Shown here piece by piece: positions 9,287 through 19,498 of a DNA stretch of 54,863 nucleotides. The position numbers and the translations under genes are program-made. A model generated the notes under the pieces. The model saw only the letters and a program-made list of their open reading frames with translations. It had not been told where the DNA came from and made no database searches. The first letter of the stretch is position 1. The number at the start of each line of letters is the position of its first letter. The DNA is from a virus (taxonomy: Duplodnaviria; Caudoviricetes), in the IMG/VR virus record IMGVR_UViG_3300048586_000572, positions 1-54,863 of that record; one strand, given 5' to 3'.

Positions 9287-9913
9287 ATGATCAAGCTCGA
9301 AGTCACCGTCGACCAGGCCGCTTTCACGCGCGAGGCCGAAGCGCACGTCGCCGAGGACATCATGCCGGTGCTCGTCGACGCTCTGAACGAGGTCGGCCGG
9401 GCGGCCGTGGTCGGCATCGTCGGAGCAATCGACACAAACCTAGACAGGCCCTCGCCCTACACCCGCAGCGCGCCGGCGATGCTGCCAGCTCGCCTCGGCG
9501 GAAAGCGGGACCCGGCGGCGCTGGTGTTCCTGCGCGACGACCAGGCCGAATACCTCGACCTGATCGTCAACACCGGGACCAGGCGCGCCGGCGCTCGGGC
9601 GACGACGAAGCTCGGGCCGCTGCTGCCTGGTCGCGACGCCCCTCGGGACGCCTTCGGCAACCTGCCGCGCGGCTACGTCGCCCGCGTGTTACGCGAACCC
9701 AACGTGGCTTGGGTGACCCTAAAGCCTGGGGCTCCCCCTGCCCTGGTGCGGCGCGGCCGCGACGGGCGGACCGAGGTGCTCGCCGTCATCGTGCGAGAGA
9801 CGCACTACAAGGCGGTGCGCCTGCCGTTTTACGATCTCGTGGAACAGGCCGTGCAGCGCGAGTGGCCGCGGGCCGCGCTGCGCGCTCTCTCGGGCGCAAC
9901 TCAGCCCGAGTAA
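9287..9913 (+). CDS. Phage protein, possibly neck/tail-completion (gpZ or HK97 gp10-like)
   Basis: ALNEVG...LDRPSPYT...LPFYD pattern recalls prophage morphogenesis proteins; function inferred. Confidence 0.55.
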   Translation: MIKLEVTVDQAAFTREAEAHVAEDIMPVLVDALNEVGRAAVVGIVGAIDTNLDRPSPYTRSAPAMLPARLGGKRDPAALVFLRDDQAEYLDLIVNTGTRRAGARATTKLGPLLPGRDAPRDAFGNLPRGYVARVLREPNVAWVTLKPGAPPALVRRGRDGRTEVLAVIVRETHYKAVRLPFYDLVEQAVQREWPRAALRALSGATQPE

Positions 9914-11262
9914 GGGAACAGCGGGACGGCGTTGCCCAGGTCAACAGGATAGTCCGCGGACAAGCCGCCTCCCAGCGTAGTCGCGCGCCGCACGGAAATC
10001 GCGCGCCAGGTCGCGCCGTAGTCGAACGATATCTTGGCCGCGCCCTGGGTCCCCTGAAATACCCACGAGACCAGGGCGCCAAGGTGCGGGATCGAGGTGA
10101 AGCGGTTGCCGCCCGAGTTGTTAGCGATGTCGAAGACGGTCTCGCCGCCCTGCGTCAGTCGAAGCCGCGTGACGATGCCAGTGTTTGCGTCGAACTGGCG
10201 ATCCGTGACCGTCGTGCCGAACACTCCCGTGGGTTCGTAGGCGGTGGGGGCATCGCCGGCCGCGGAATAGATCGCGGTAGTCCAATCGCCGCTTTGCAGG
10301 GCGTAGACGCCCTGTGCGTATGCGATGGCGTTGGTGTTCAGGAAGCGCCGGGAAACGCCCGTCGGCACCACGATGGCGGCGTTGGCGGAGACGCGGAGAT
10401 AGCCGCTGAAGGTCGTGCGTACGTCGCGGACGAATGTCGTGCCGTCGAACCCGAGCCCCCCGGTGTAGACCTCCGAACAAGTCCCGCTGACGCGAGCGAG
10501 AAGCGCTCCGGATCGCGCGAATCCCGAGGTGTCGACGACGATCTTGCCTACCCTGATGCGTGTCGAAAGCCCGGGGAACGCGCTGCCGGCGAAAGGCAGG
10601 CCCTCGAAGGGGATCGCCCAGGCTCCGGTCGACGAGATACCCACCAGCGGGGTGGCGGCCGCCTCGTCCGTCGAGACGTCGTAGACGACGCGGAAGCGGT
10701 CTCTTGCGGGAAAGGGACCGGGAAGCGAGGAGTTCGTCTTCGGCACGAAGACGCTCGGCGCAACGCCACCCGTCCCATCGTCGTAGTCGGAGAAAAGGGC
10801 GAAGCCATCCCCAAAATTCAGGAAGCCGGACGCTCCGGAAACCTGAGGCCCGACGTTGCCGGTGATCATGTTCGTGACACGGTAGACGCCGGCTTTCAGC
10901 TGAAGCACCTCTCCGCTGGCGAGCACCGATACGACCGTCCAGTCGAAGGGAAGCGATGCGAGCGGATAGCTCACGACCGGCGGCTGCACGACGCCCGTGT
11001 TGGCGATGGTGTTGACGTTCAACCGACGCGGGAACGTATCGGAATGCAGGCCCGCCCGGCCATTTCCCGCGACGCCTGGGCGGGCTTGGGTCGTGAAGGT
11101 CGAGGTGCCCGGCTCGAAGTCGAGCCGGCCCAACGCGTCGTTCCACGTGACCTTCATCAGGTAACCGGCGCCCGGGCTTGTGCCGAACCAATAGCTCCCT
11201 ACCGGCGGCAGGCCGGCCTTCTTCGCCCGTCGCGGGTTGAGCATCAGGGGGCGCATGAACAT
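9901..11262 (-). CDS. Putative tail tip / receptor-binding protein
   Basis: 453 aa, G/T/S/V-rich, last gene of tail operon. Confidence 0.55.
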   Translation of the reverse strand: MFMRPLMLNPRRAKKAGLPPVGSYWFGTSPGAGYLMKVTWNDALGRLDFEPGTSTFTTQARPGVAGNGRAGLHSDTFPRRLNVNTIANTGVVQPPVVSYPLASLPFDWTVVSVLASGEVLQLKAGVYRVTNMITGNVGPQVSGASGFLNFGDGFALFSDYDDGTGGVAPSVFVPKTNSSLPGPFPARDRFRVVYDVSTDEAAATPLVGISSTGAWAIPFEGLPFAGSAFPGLSTRIRVGKIVVDTSGFARSGALLARVSGTCSEVYTGGLGFDGTTFVRDVRTTFSGYLRVSANAAIVVPTGVSRRFLNTNAIAYAQGVYALQSGDWTTAIYSAAGDAPTAYEPTGVFGTTVTDRQFDANTGIVTRLRLTQGGETVFDIANNSGGNRFTSIPHLGALVSWVFQGTQGAAKISFDYGATWRAISVRRATTLGGGLSADYPVDLGNAVPLFPYSG

Positions 11263-11264
11263 CG

Positions 11265-11906
11265 TCAGAAACCCCGGCCGGCGAGGTATCCGAAGGTCCC
11301 GAAACCGGGCACGACGACGAGAACGTAGCTGTCGAACTCACCCTTGGTGGCCGCGCCCAACAGGCTATCCGACGTGCCGGCGTCCCCGTCGGGATCGGTG
11401 ACGTCGACCGGCCAGCGGACGCCCGACCAGGTCACCACCGTCCCGATCGGCCGCTTCAGCCACAACTTGACGGCATAGATGTAGCTGGGCGTCGGCGCAT
11501 AGGGATCGACGTCGACGGGGGCCTCCGGCGCCGTGATCGTGACGCTGCAGTTCCCCAGCGCAACCGCGACGAAGTTCGTGCAGATGTTGGGGTCGAGCGT
11601 GATGACGCCGTTGATCGCAATGTCGCCCAGGTTCAGGACGGTCTCGCGATAGCCCATCATCTCGGCCCGGTGCTGGGCGCGCCAGCCGAAGTCGTTGGGG
11701 GCGCCGCGCCTGGCCGGGCCGCGCGCGCCGAGCTCGACGTAGGTGCCCGTCGTGCCGCTACTCTCCTTCTTGACCTCGCCATCGCCCATGTCGGCGAAGG
11801 CCGCCTGCTGCGCACCGCGGGCGGTCTGCACGATCGCGCCGGCGGTCCTCGCCAGCGACGCGGCAGCGCCGGCGACGAAGGAATGGATGTCGAGGTCCTC
11901 GGCCAT
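11265..11906 (-). CDS. Putative minor tail protein
   Basis: 213 aa; C-terminal VTWSGVRWP...D motif seen in tail proteins; position. Confidence 0.55.
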   Translation of the reverse strand: MAEDLDIHSFVAGAAASLARTAGAIVQTARGAQQAAFADMGDGEVKKESSGTTGTYVELGARGPARRGAPNDFGWRAQHRAEMMGYRETVLNLGDIAINGVITLDPNICTNFVAVALGNCSVTITAPEAPVDVDPYAPTPSYIYAVKLWLKRPIGTVVTWSGVRWPVDVTDPDGDAGTSDSLLGAATKGEFDSYVLVVVPGFGTFGYLAGRGF

Positions 11907-11912
11907 GGCGGC

Positions 11913-13808
11913 TTACTCCGGGAGGGCGATCTGCGCCGGGCCATTCCACGGCGACACGGGCAGGACGATCCGATGGACCATGTCGTCGCGGCCGCTGAGC
12001 TGCGTCAGGCTGAACTGGATCGAGGTCTGGACTTGGTTCAGGAGCCGCAGCGGGTTCGTCGTCTCGCGGTCGTTACGGCCGGCGGACGGGAGGTAGTCGT
12101 TGGCCTGGACGTACAGCAGCTGGTCCGCGACCGGGTTGACGACGTAGGCCTGGCCGCCGATGCCCGGGAACTGCGTTGGCTGCTGATCCGAATAGTCCCC
12201 GATCGCGACCAGGTCCCATCCCTCGACCGTCCACGAAACGCCGCCCCCCGTGCCTGGCGCGGTCGCCTCGCCGCTGCCGGGCAGGCAGGTGATGGTGATC
12301 GTGGCCTTGGCGTATTCCTCGATCGATGGATCGCTGACCGCGAAATTCGTCACCTTGCCAATGGCGTAGCCGCCGGGGATCACGTCCTCCGGCAGGATCA
12401 GCTCCGCCGCCCATCGGCAGGACATGTCGAGCACGTCCTCGAAGGGCACGCTGAAGCTGATCGAGACGCAGCGGCTCGAAAGGATCAGGAGCTTCACGCC
12501 CTTCAAGATCGCGCACTGAATCGTCAGCAGCCCGCGGCCCGTGTGGAAATACGTCGCCCGGTCGCTGCCGCCGATCGGCGACGCGTCGTTGTCGAGCGGG
12601 ACCCAGTTCGCGACGACGATGCCGCCGACGATGTCGTACCGGTCGGCGGCGAAGTTGCTCTTCGAGAGGTGCGCCCGGGTGCAGTACCAGTTTCGCGAAC
12701 CGACGCGCCGGATGGCGCCCTCGGGGAAGAACCCGGGCGACCATTGCGGGGTGACCGTATCGGCGGTCACGTCCTCGCACTTGAGGGAGATTTCCTTGAT
12801 TTCGCCCTCGGATGCGTCCTGGCCCCCGTTAAGGAGCAGTATCTCGACCTGCTCGACGCGCTTCTGGGCGGCCGAATAGGCGACGGTCACCTCGACGTCG
12901 TAATAGGAGACGTCCAGCGACATGGTCGCCGGGTTCAGCAGGTTCGGGTCGTCGACGTAGTTGAACGCTTGGCGCGAGCCACGTACGGGGCCGACCTTCT
13001 TCGGCAGGCCAGCCGGCACCGGCACGCCCTTGAGCTTCGCCCTCGTGAACGTCCACCCGCTATTGCCGTTGACGGCGCTGCCTGCCTTGAACCAGTTTCG
13101 CTCGAAGTCCTCGCCGGTCAGCGTCGACACCACGCCGTCGGGGAAGAGGGAGCGGATGACGCCGGTCGCGTCGAGCTCGCCGTCGAAGCGCTGGAGGAAC
13201 TCGGCGGACAGGAGGATGCGGACGCCGGCCAGGGGCGTCCCGGACTGCTCGACGGTAACGCCGCCCTCCTCCCAACCGAGCACGTCATCGAACGTGCGGG
13301 TCGGGCAGCCGACGCCAAGCAAGTGCGGCGTGGTGTACTCGCCGGTGACCCGGTCGTAGTGGCCCACGATGGGCATGCCGTCGAGTATCTCGACCGGGTC
13401 CTCGCGCCGGTCGGGCGACACCAGGACCGGGTCGAAGTTCGGTAGCACCCGGCGCGGCAACAAATTCGCGTCCCGGCGCTCGCGCCAGTCGGACGGCAGG
13501 CTGTCGAACGTGATCGTCGCCTCGCCATCGTTCTGGCCAAGCGGCCGCTTCCGGACCTTCATGCGACACACCGGCACCAGCGCCCCACCCGGCGCCACGA
13601 AGGACAGCATCGCCCAGCGCTTGCCGCCGTACTCGGCGGACGATCTGGCGTGGGTCCGAATCGTCACCGGGTGGGCGTCGGCCTCCTCCGCCTCGTCGAA
13701 CTGAACGGACGCGATGCCCAGGTCATCCCGACGGTGGGCGACGGCGTCGAACGGCTCGTCCTCCGCGGCGAGCCAGGCGAAGGCCCAGTCGCGCTCAAGG
13801 AGCGACAT
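11913..13808 (-). CDS. Putative tail hub / central tail protein
   Basis: 631 aa, second gene after tape measure. Confidence 0.55.
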   Translation of the reverse strand: MSLLERDWAFAWLAAEDEPFDAVAHRRDDLGIASVQFDEAEEADAHPVTIRTHARSSAEYGGKRWAMLSFVAPGGALVPVCRMKVRKRPLGQNDGEATITFDSLPSDWRERRDANLLPRRVLPNFDPVLVSPDRREDPVEILDGMPIVGHYDRVTGEYTTPHLLGVGCPTRTFDDVLGWEEGGVTVEQSGTPLAGVRILLSAEFLQRFDGELDATGVIRSLFPDGVVSTLTGEDFERNWFKAGSAVNGNSGWTFTRAKLKGVPVPAGLPKKVGPVRGSRQAFNYVDDPNLLNPATMSLDVSYYDVEVTVAYSAAQKRVEQVEILLLNGGQDASEGEIKEISLKCEDVTADTVTPQWSPGFFPEGAIRRVGSRNWYCTRAHLSKSNFAADRYDIVGGIVVANWVPLDNDASPIGGSDRATYFHTGRGLLTIQCAILKGVKLLILSSRCVSISFSVPFEDVLDMSCRWAAELILPEDVIPGGYAIGKVTNFAVSDPSIEEYAKATITITCLPGSGEATAPGTGGGVSWTVEGWDLVAIGDYSDQQPTQFPGIGGQAYVVNPVADQLLYVQANDYLPSAGRNDRETTNPLRLLNQVQTSIQFSLTQLSGRDDMVHRIVLPVSPWNGPAQIALPE

Positions 13809-14277
13809 AGCCGAGGGCCTCCCGATAGCTGGAGGACCAGGTCACCAGCGCGCCCCAATCGTCCTCGTCCAGCTCCCAATCGAGGATGCGGGCGATGATG
13901 AGGGGGTTATAGACGCGCCAAGCTGCCGCGGGATCGCCGGGCTCCACGACGCGGCTCTCGGCATCGATATAGAACAAGGTGCCTGGCACCTCGGGCCGCG
14001 TCTGCGGCCGCGCGATCGGCTCGACGAATTGCCCCGGGTAATGGACCGTCACTACCTCGCCGATCCACATGCCGGCGAACGGCGGTGCCCAGATGTCGGA
14101 CCCGCTGATCGAGAACTCGAAGCCCCGGGCAGAGGGACGCGTCATGTCGCGATCTGCGCCGGACAGGTACTCGACGATCTTGCCGTTCTTCCGCAGCTTG
14201 ATCTGCTGGTTGATGCCGCGCGCGGCCGCCGCGGGCAGGCCGATGCCGACGAACTCGAAAATGGTGTCGGTGGCCAT
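13795..14277 (-). CDS. Putative distal tail protein
   Basis: 160 aa, directly coupled to tape measure gene. Confidence 0.55.
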   Translation of the reverse strand: MATDTIFEFVGIGLPAAAARGINQQIKLRKNGKIVEYLSGADRDMTRPSARGFEFSISGSDIWAPPFAGMWIGEVVTVHYPGQFVEPIARPQTRPEVPGTLFYIDAESRVVEPGDPAAAWRVYNPLIIARILDWELDEDDWGALVTWSSSYREALGYVAP

Positions 14278-17267
14278 CAGCTCCTCCTCGCCTTCGGGGT
14301 GCGGACGCGCATGCCCGCGGCCTCCAGCGCCCGGCGGACGTTCGCGATCCCGGCCTGGGTCGCGAGCACGGCGCGGTCACCCGGCATGACGTCCAGCCCG
14401 TAGGCGGACAATCCCGACATGCCGCGGCCGCCGGCGGGCACGGCCACCGGCGCGGCGCTGTAGGGTGTCGAGAAGTCCATGCTGGACAGGGCCGCCAGGC
14501 CGCCCAGGAGGCGGTCCAGGATCGGCGTCTCCTGGGTCGTGAGCACGCGCTCGCCGCCGTGCGCTAGGATCTTCCGGGGCGCGCCCAGGTTGCCTGGGAT
14601 AATGCCGCCGACGTCGAAGCTCTCCAAGTTCTCGACCCCGCCGCCCTGCCCGCCGGCGGGCGCCTTGGCACCGAATCCGAAGGCGCTCTTGACGTAGCCC
14701 CAGGCGTCCGCCGCGCCGCCCTTGATCGATGCCCACAGGTCGACGAAGAACTGCTTCACCTTCGCGACGGGGTTCATGAAGAAGTCGACCAGGCCGCCCC
14801 AGACGGCCTTCATCCCGTCCCAGGCACGGCTCGCACCGGAGGAGATGCCGGCCCACAGGTCGGCAAAGAACCCGGTGATCGCGTTCCATGCTGCCTTGAT
14901 GTCGTCGACGCCGGCGTTGACTAGCGCCACGAGAAGGCCCCAGACCGCTTTCGCGCCCTCGACCATGTCGTCGAACTGGAGGTACGCCAGCAGCAGGTCC
15001 CACAAGGCCTTGAGCCCCGCGACCATGTCGTCCCACCACAGGTACAGCTGGTAGATCGAGGCCGCGGCGATGGCGCCGAAGGTCGCCCAGAACGCGGCCC
15101 ACGCGATCGCCATGCCGCCGAAGATCGCGGCGCTCTCGACGCCCAGCGCGACGACCCAGCCGATGACCGTGCCGCCGATCTTGAGCAGGTTGGCCAGCGC
15201 GAAGGTCATCGCGGCGACGATACCGGTCAGCGTGCCGAGCAGCTGGAGCGCCCCGGTCAGCTGAAGGATCGCGGTGATCACGATCAAATGGTTCGCCGCC
15301 GACCCGCCCGATCCGTCGCCCAAGCCGAGGAACTTGCCGAGCTTGTCGAGGAAGCCGTAGATCGACTTGCCGGCGGAGACGAACTTGCCGCCGGCGGCGG
15401 TGACGTCGCTGGCCAGCTGATTGAAGACCGACTTGATCCGCTGCCAGGCATTCTCCGCCGTGGCGATCCACTCGTTCATGAAGGCGAACTTGTTCTCCCC
15501 CTTGATCGGCGTGCCGTCGATCAAGTCCTTGATGGCGAGGAGCGCCTGCTCAAGGTTGATCATCGTGTTCGCGATGAAGAACGAGATCGCCTCGCGGTTC
15601 TCGACGATGATCTGAGCGAGCGTGCCGATGCCGCCGGCCGCGGCCGCCGCGGCGACGCCGAGCGCGGCCGCCCATGGCATGGTCGCCTCGGTGCCCAGCC
15701 CGGCCAAGCCGAGCGTGAAACTGTCGATGGCCATCTTGATGCCGTCGAACGTCTCCTTCACGGTCGGCAGGCGATCGAGCGCGACGCCGCTGCTCTCAAG
15801 CAGCAGCTTGCCCAACACCAGCGCGGCGTTACCGGCGGCCTCCAGCACGCTCACGAAGGCCTTGATCTCGGGAACGCGGCTGCCGAAGCCGTTGCCGGAC
15901 AGGCCCTCGAAGATATCGAGCACGCCGTCCTTGAGCTTCTTCAGAGGCCCGGAGATGCTGTCGAAAATTGGGAACTTGTAGCCGCCCTCCCCGGCGCGGC
16001 GAATGCCGCTGCGCGCCAGCTCGACGCGCTTGCCATTGATGATGGCGTAGTTGCCCGTGGCCTTCTGCTCCGCATCGATCCACTTCTCGGTGGCCGCGAC
16101 CTTGCGGTCCGCAGCCTCCTCCGCGGCATCGGCTCCGTCCTCCTCCTCTTCCTCGTCGTCGGCGGCCGCCTGGCTGGCGACCTGCCCGGGCGCGCTCTTG
16201 GCAGGCGCGGCCGCTTCCTCGTCCGGAAAGAACACGTCCTCGAACAGCGTCTTAAGGTCGTCCTTCACGTCCGAAACGAAGTCCTTCACGTTGGTGAGGA
16301 ACTTCTCGATCTTCTCTTGGCTCTCGTTCAGCCAATCCGACAGCTCTTCGGCGCCGTCCGCGAAGAACGGGAAGAAAATCTTGGCGAAGGTGTAGCCGAG
16401 CCCGCGCAGGCTCTCGGTGAGTTTGGCCTGGGCGCCGAGCGCTTCGTTGATCGTATCGACGGACGATTGCTTGATGACCGTGCCGTACTTCTCGACCTCC
16501 TCCTCGCTCTCCTTGAGACCCTTCGACCCCTCGGAGAAGATCGAGCCGATCTCCTTTCCGCTCTTTCCGAAGATGTCGAGGGCGGCCTTCGCCTGAAGCG
16601 TGGGGTTCCGGACCTTCCCGATCCGGTCGATCAGCGTGTCGAGCTGCTGGCGCGTCGAGACCAGGTTGCCTTTCTTGTCCCGGAAATTGGCGATCGATAG
16701 GCCGAGCGTGTTGAACGACGCCTCCGCCTGTTCGTTGCCGGCGGCCAGGTCGATGACCTTCCGCTGCATCGACTTCAGAGCCTCGCCAAACTTATCGCCG
16801 TCGCCACCCAATAGGCGGACGGCCCCTTGTAGTCGGGAGAACTCCTCGACGGTCATACCGACGCTGGTGGCCAGGTCGTCGGTACCGGAGATGCCTTCGG
16901 CGACCGACTGGGCATAGGTCCGCGCGGCGTACACTAAGCCAGTCACGCCGACGCCGGCGACGGCGGAGGCCTTGCCGATCGCGCCGGCCAGGTCGCTGGC
17001 GGTGGACACCGCGAACCCGATCGCGCCGCTGATGCCGTTGACCACGCTGCCGATGACGCTGAGGGCGCCGGTCGTGACCGACACCGCGGCGCGGGTGACC
17101 GACGAGGCCGCCTCAACCGTCTTGACGGCGGCGCCGCCGGTCGCGGCGACGGTGCGGCCGATACGGCCGAGCGTGCTGTCCGCGTCGGCGCGCATGCGAT
17201 CGAAGGAGGCCCGGACCTGGTCCGACCCCCTTACGACGACGCGGGCTCCGATCTGCGGCTCTGCCAC
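14277..17267 (-). CDS. Tail tape measure protein
   Basis: 996 aa, Ala/Gly-rich helical, periodic W/F repeats near C-terminus, follows tail tube and chaperones. Confidence 0.9.
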   Translation of the reverse strand: MAEPQIGARVVVRGSDQVRASFDRMRADADSTLGRIGRTVAATGGAAVKTVEAASSVTRAAVSVTTGALSVIGSVVNGISGAIGFAVSTASDLAGAIGKASAVAGVGVTGLVYAARTYAQSVAEGISGTDDLATSVGMTVEEFSRLQGAVRLLGGDGDKFGEALKSMQRKVIDLAAGNEQAEASFNTLGLSIANFRDKKGNLVSTRQQLDTLIDRIGKVRNPTLQAKAALDIFGKSGKEIGSIFSEGSKGLKESEEEVEKYGTVIKQSSVDTINEALGAQAKLTESLRGLGYTFAKIFFPFFADGAEELSDWLNESQEKIEKFLTNVKDFVSDVKDDLKTLFEDVFFPDEEAAAPAKSAPGQVASQAAADDEEEEEDGADAAEEAADRKVAATEKWIDAEQKATGNYAIINGKRVELARSGIRRAGEGGYKFPIFDSISGPLKKLKDGVLDIFEGLSGNGFGSRVPEIKAFVSVLEAAGNAALVLGKLLLESSGVALDRLPTVKETFDGIKMAIDSFTLGLAGLGTEATMPWAAALGVAAAAAAGGIGTLAQIIVENREAISFFIANTMINLEQALLAIKDLIDGTPIKGENKFAFMNEWIATAENAWQRIKSVFNQLASDVTAAGGKFVSAGKSIYGFLDKLGKFLGLGDGSGGSAANHLIVITAILQLTGALQLLGTLTGIVAAMTFALANLLKIGGTVIGWVVALGVESAAIFGGMAIAWAAFWATFGAIAAASIYQLYLWWDDMVAGLKALWDLLLAYLQFDDMVEGAKAVWGLLVALVNAGVDDIKAAWNAITGFFADLWAGISSGASRAWDGMKAVWGGLVDFFMNPVAKVKQFFVDLWASIKGGAADAWGYVKSAFGFGAKAPAGGQGGGVENLESFDVGGIIPGNLGAPRKILAHGGERVLTTQETPILDRLLGGLAALSSMDFSTPYSAAPVAVPAGGRGMSGLSAYGLDVMPGDRAVLATQAGIANVRRALEAAGMRVRTPKARRS

Positions 17268-17269
17268 GG

Positions 17270-17638
17270 CTACTTACTCCACAGGTCCTCGGTCTCGGCG
17301 CGGGCGCGGTCTATCGCCGCCTTCTCCGCCGGCGACAGCGTCTTGCCCGGCGCGGGCGGTTCCACCGGAGCGGACTTGCCCGCCGTCCCGGCCAGGCGCT
17401 TGTCGGTGTTCTGAGCCCTCTCCCCGCCGTCGACGACGACGGCCGCCGCGGAGACCTGGAGGTGGAGCAGCTCGCGCAGCTCCTGGACCCGGATCTCGTT
17501 CTCTTTGGCGGCGTAGTGGAACAGGTCCTTCAGGCAGAGGCTGCGGACCCAGTTCCGGTCGTGGGTCGCCCGGGCCAGGCGATAGATCGCGTCGTCGACC
17601 AGCCACCAGAACGACCTGGCGGCCGGCGTGGCGGTCAC
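17270..17638 (-). CDS. Tail assembly chaperone, second part (gpT-like; -1 frame relative to upstream gene)
   Basis: Protein-like frame (SFWWLVDDAIYRLAR...) filling gap before tape measure; GTG overlaps upstream TGA. Confidence 0.65.
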   Translation of the reverse strand: MTATPAARSFWWLVDDAIYRLARATHDRNWVRSLCLKDLFHYAAKENEIRVQELRELLHLQVSAAAVVVDGGERAQNTDKRLAGTAGKSAPVEPPAPGKTLSPAEKAAIDRARAETEDLWSK

Positions 17639-18180
17639 CGCTTTGCCGGCCTTGCCGGGGAGGCGTCGCTCGCGAGCTTCGCCGTTAAACCGGCCCACCC
17701 CTGGTCCAGGAGCGTCAGGGCCTTTGTCGCTCCCTTCACGAAAGGCTCGTGGAACTCGGGCAGATTGACTTGCATCCATCCCGACAGGACGTCGAACAGC
17801 TGGGTCGGGCCTAGCGAATTCAGCCAGCGCCGGTAGCCGGCCTCCTCCTCCTCCCGGTCCTCCAGCACCGTGTCCGCCACGATGATGTTGATGATGAAGG
17901 AAGGGGCGGCCTGCACGACCTGGCGGACCATCTTGCCCTCCGTCGTCTGCTTGGACCCGGCCAGCTTCGCCAGCGCCTGCTTGGCGACGTCGGTGGTGCT
18001 GACCTTCTTGCCGGCGTTCGCCTTCTGCGCATCGGCCAGCGCCTCGATCGCGTCGAGCAACACCGGGTTGCTGGCGCCCTCCTCCGCGATGCGGCCGACG
18101 CCGCGCTTCAGGAAGGTCAGCGACTGCCCGTTGACCTCGACCGTGCCGGTCTCGATCAGGGCGTCCCAATCACGTGCCAT
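17635..18180 (-). CDS. Tail assembly chaperone (gpG-like)
   Basis: 181 aa between tail tube and tape measure genes; GGAG RBS. Confidence 0.7.
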   Translation of the reverse strand: MARDWDALIETGTVEVNGQSLTFLKRGVGRIAEEGASNPVLLDAIEALADAQKANAGKKVSTTDVAKQALAKLAGSKQTTEGKMVRQVVQAAPSFIINIIVADTVLEDREEEEAGYRRWLNSLGPTQLFDVLSGWMQVNLPEFHEPFVKGATKALTLLDQGWAGLTAKLASDASPARPAKR

Positions 18181-18227
18181 GTGTCACTCCAACGATTGCG
18201 GGTAGGTCAGAAAGCGAAGGCGGCTGC

Positions 18228-19013
18228 TCAGGCCGCCAGGCGCTGCCAGTAGCCGACGCCGCGGTTCGTGTTCGTGCAGGCGCCCGACAGGTCGAGCGAG
18301 GCCCAGTCGTCCGCGAGCATCTCGACGCCGCCGGTCGGCGCCAGCTTGGCGCTCTCCAGCATGATCTCGGCCGGGGTGCCGTTCGCGGAGGTGCCGCGAG
18401 CCTTGAGCGCAAGCTCGAACTCGGGCTTGGTACCGATGCGAACGCGGGTCCGCTTGTCGGCCACGGAGATCGCCTGGGCTGAATAGGTCGCGACCAGCGC
18501 GGCTCCCAGGCCAGGTGCGCCCGCGTAGATCTCGAAGCCGCCGGCGGCCGCGTCGACCAACTTGTAGTCCTCGCCCGCCGTCATGCCCGCGATCGTCAGC
18601 GAAAGCAGGTCGTAGACGGGCTCACCCGCGTCGGTCTCGACGTAGAAGATGCCGGGCTGCGCGTCGTCCGCGACGATGTTGTAGGTGCCCGCCACGACGG
18701 CGATCTGCTCGAAGTAGGCGAGCTCGCCCAGGAAGGCCGCGCCGCGGATTTCGTCGCGGAACTGCATGGCCTTCAGCGAGACGCTGGTCTTAATGCTCTC
18801 GACCACCTCGATGGCGGTCTCGCGGACGCGACCACGCTTGGCCTCGCGGCTCTTCTTCGTGACGACGATGTCGACCTTGAAGCTGTCGCAATCACCGACC
18901 TGGAACCAGCGCTTCGACCCGGGATAGCGCCCGAGGATCTCGCACAGCTGGAGCTCGTACGGAGCGGTCTCCTGGCCGAGAACGGCATAATCGGGGAGTG
19001 CGATATCGGCCAT
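18228..19013 (-). CDS. Major tail tube protein
   Basis: 261 aa, strong AGGAGG RBS, VGDCDSFKV tube-like N-terminus, position. Confidence 0.75.
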   Translation of the reverse strand: MADIALPDYAVLGQETAPYELQLCEILGRYPGSKRWFQVGDCDSFKVDIVVTKKSREAKRGRVRETAIEVVESIKTSVSLKAMQFRDEIRGAAFLGELAYFEQIAVVAGTYNIVADDAQPGIFYVETDAGEPVYDLLSLTIAGMTAGEDYKLVDAAAGGFEIYAGAPGLGAALVATYSAQAISVADKRTRVRIGTKPEFELALKARGTSANGTPAEIMLESAKLAPTGGVEMLADDWASLDLSGACTNTNRGVGYWQRLAA

Positions 19014-19024
19014 GACTGGACCTC

Positions 19025-19498
19025 CTAGGAACGGGAACGGGTGAAGCTGGCGCCGGGGACGCCCTCGCGGTGATCCACGATCACCTCGAAATCGATGGCG
19101 ACGACGATCACGTCGCCGGAGCCGGAGCCGTCGAAGCCGGTCGTCACGGCGCGGAGGCTCACCGAACGGGCGATGCCGCCGAGGGTCGGATCGCCGGCGA
19201 ACCGGGCCTCGACCTGCTCGACGTAGGCATCGACCTCGTCCTCGAAGTCCGTGCCGTCGATCACCGGCGCGGCGAAGGCGCCGACGACGCGAAGCGTGCT
19301 CCTGCGCTCGGAGCGCCGGATGCCGGGACGTAGGCCGCCCTCCTGGCGGATGGTCTCGGTGGGCAGGTAGACGATGGATGCCGGAAGGGCCTTGCGCTCG
19401 GACGACCAGATGCGGCCGCGCTTCACCGACTTCTGACCGGGAATGCCGGTCAGCAGGGTAACGGCGTTCTTCGCGAGGTCACTCCGGGGGTGCGCCAC
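19025..19498 (-). CDS. Tail terminator-like protein (gpU-like)
   Basis: 157 aa; LPASIVY and DPTLGG motifs; directly before tail tube. Confidence 0.65.
   Translation of the reverse strand: MAHPRSDLAKNAVTLLTGIPGQKSVKRGRIWSSERKALPASIVYLPTETIRQEGGLRPGIRRSERRSTLRVVGAFAAPVIDGTDFEDEVDAYVEQVEARFAGDPTLGGIARSVSLRAVTTGFDGSGSGDVIVVAIDFEVIVDHREGVPGASFTRSRS

Noticed and set aside
9193-13445. Long plus-strand ORFs (711 aa, 591 aa) and similar antisense ORFs elsewhere
   Set aside because: Shadow frames of GC-rich real genes on the opposite strand; Arg/Gly/Ala-rich with no motifs
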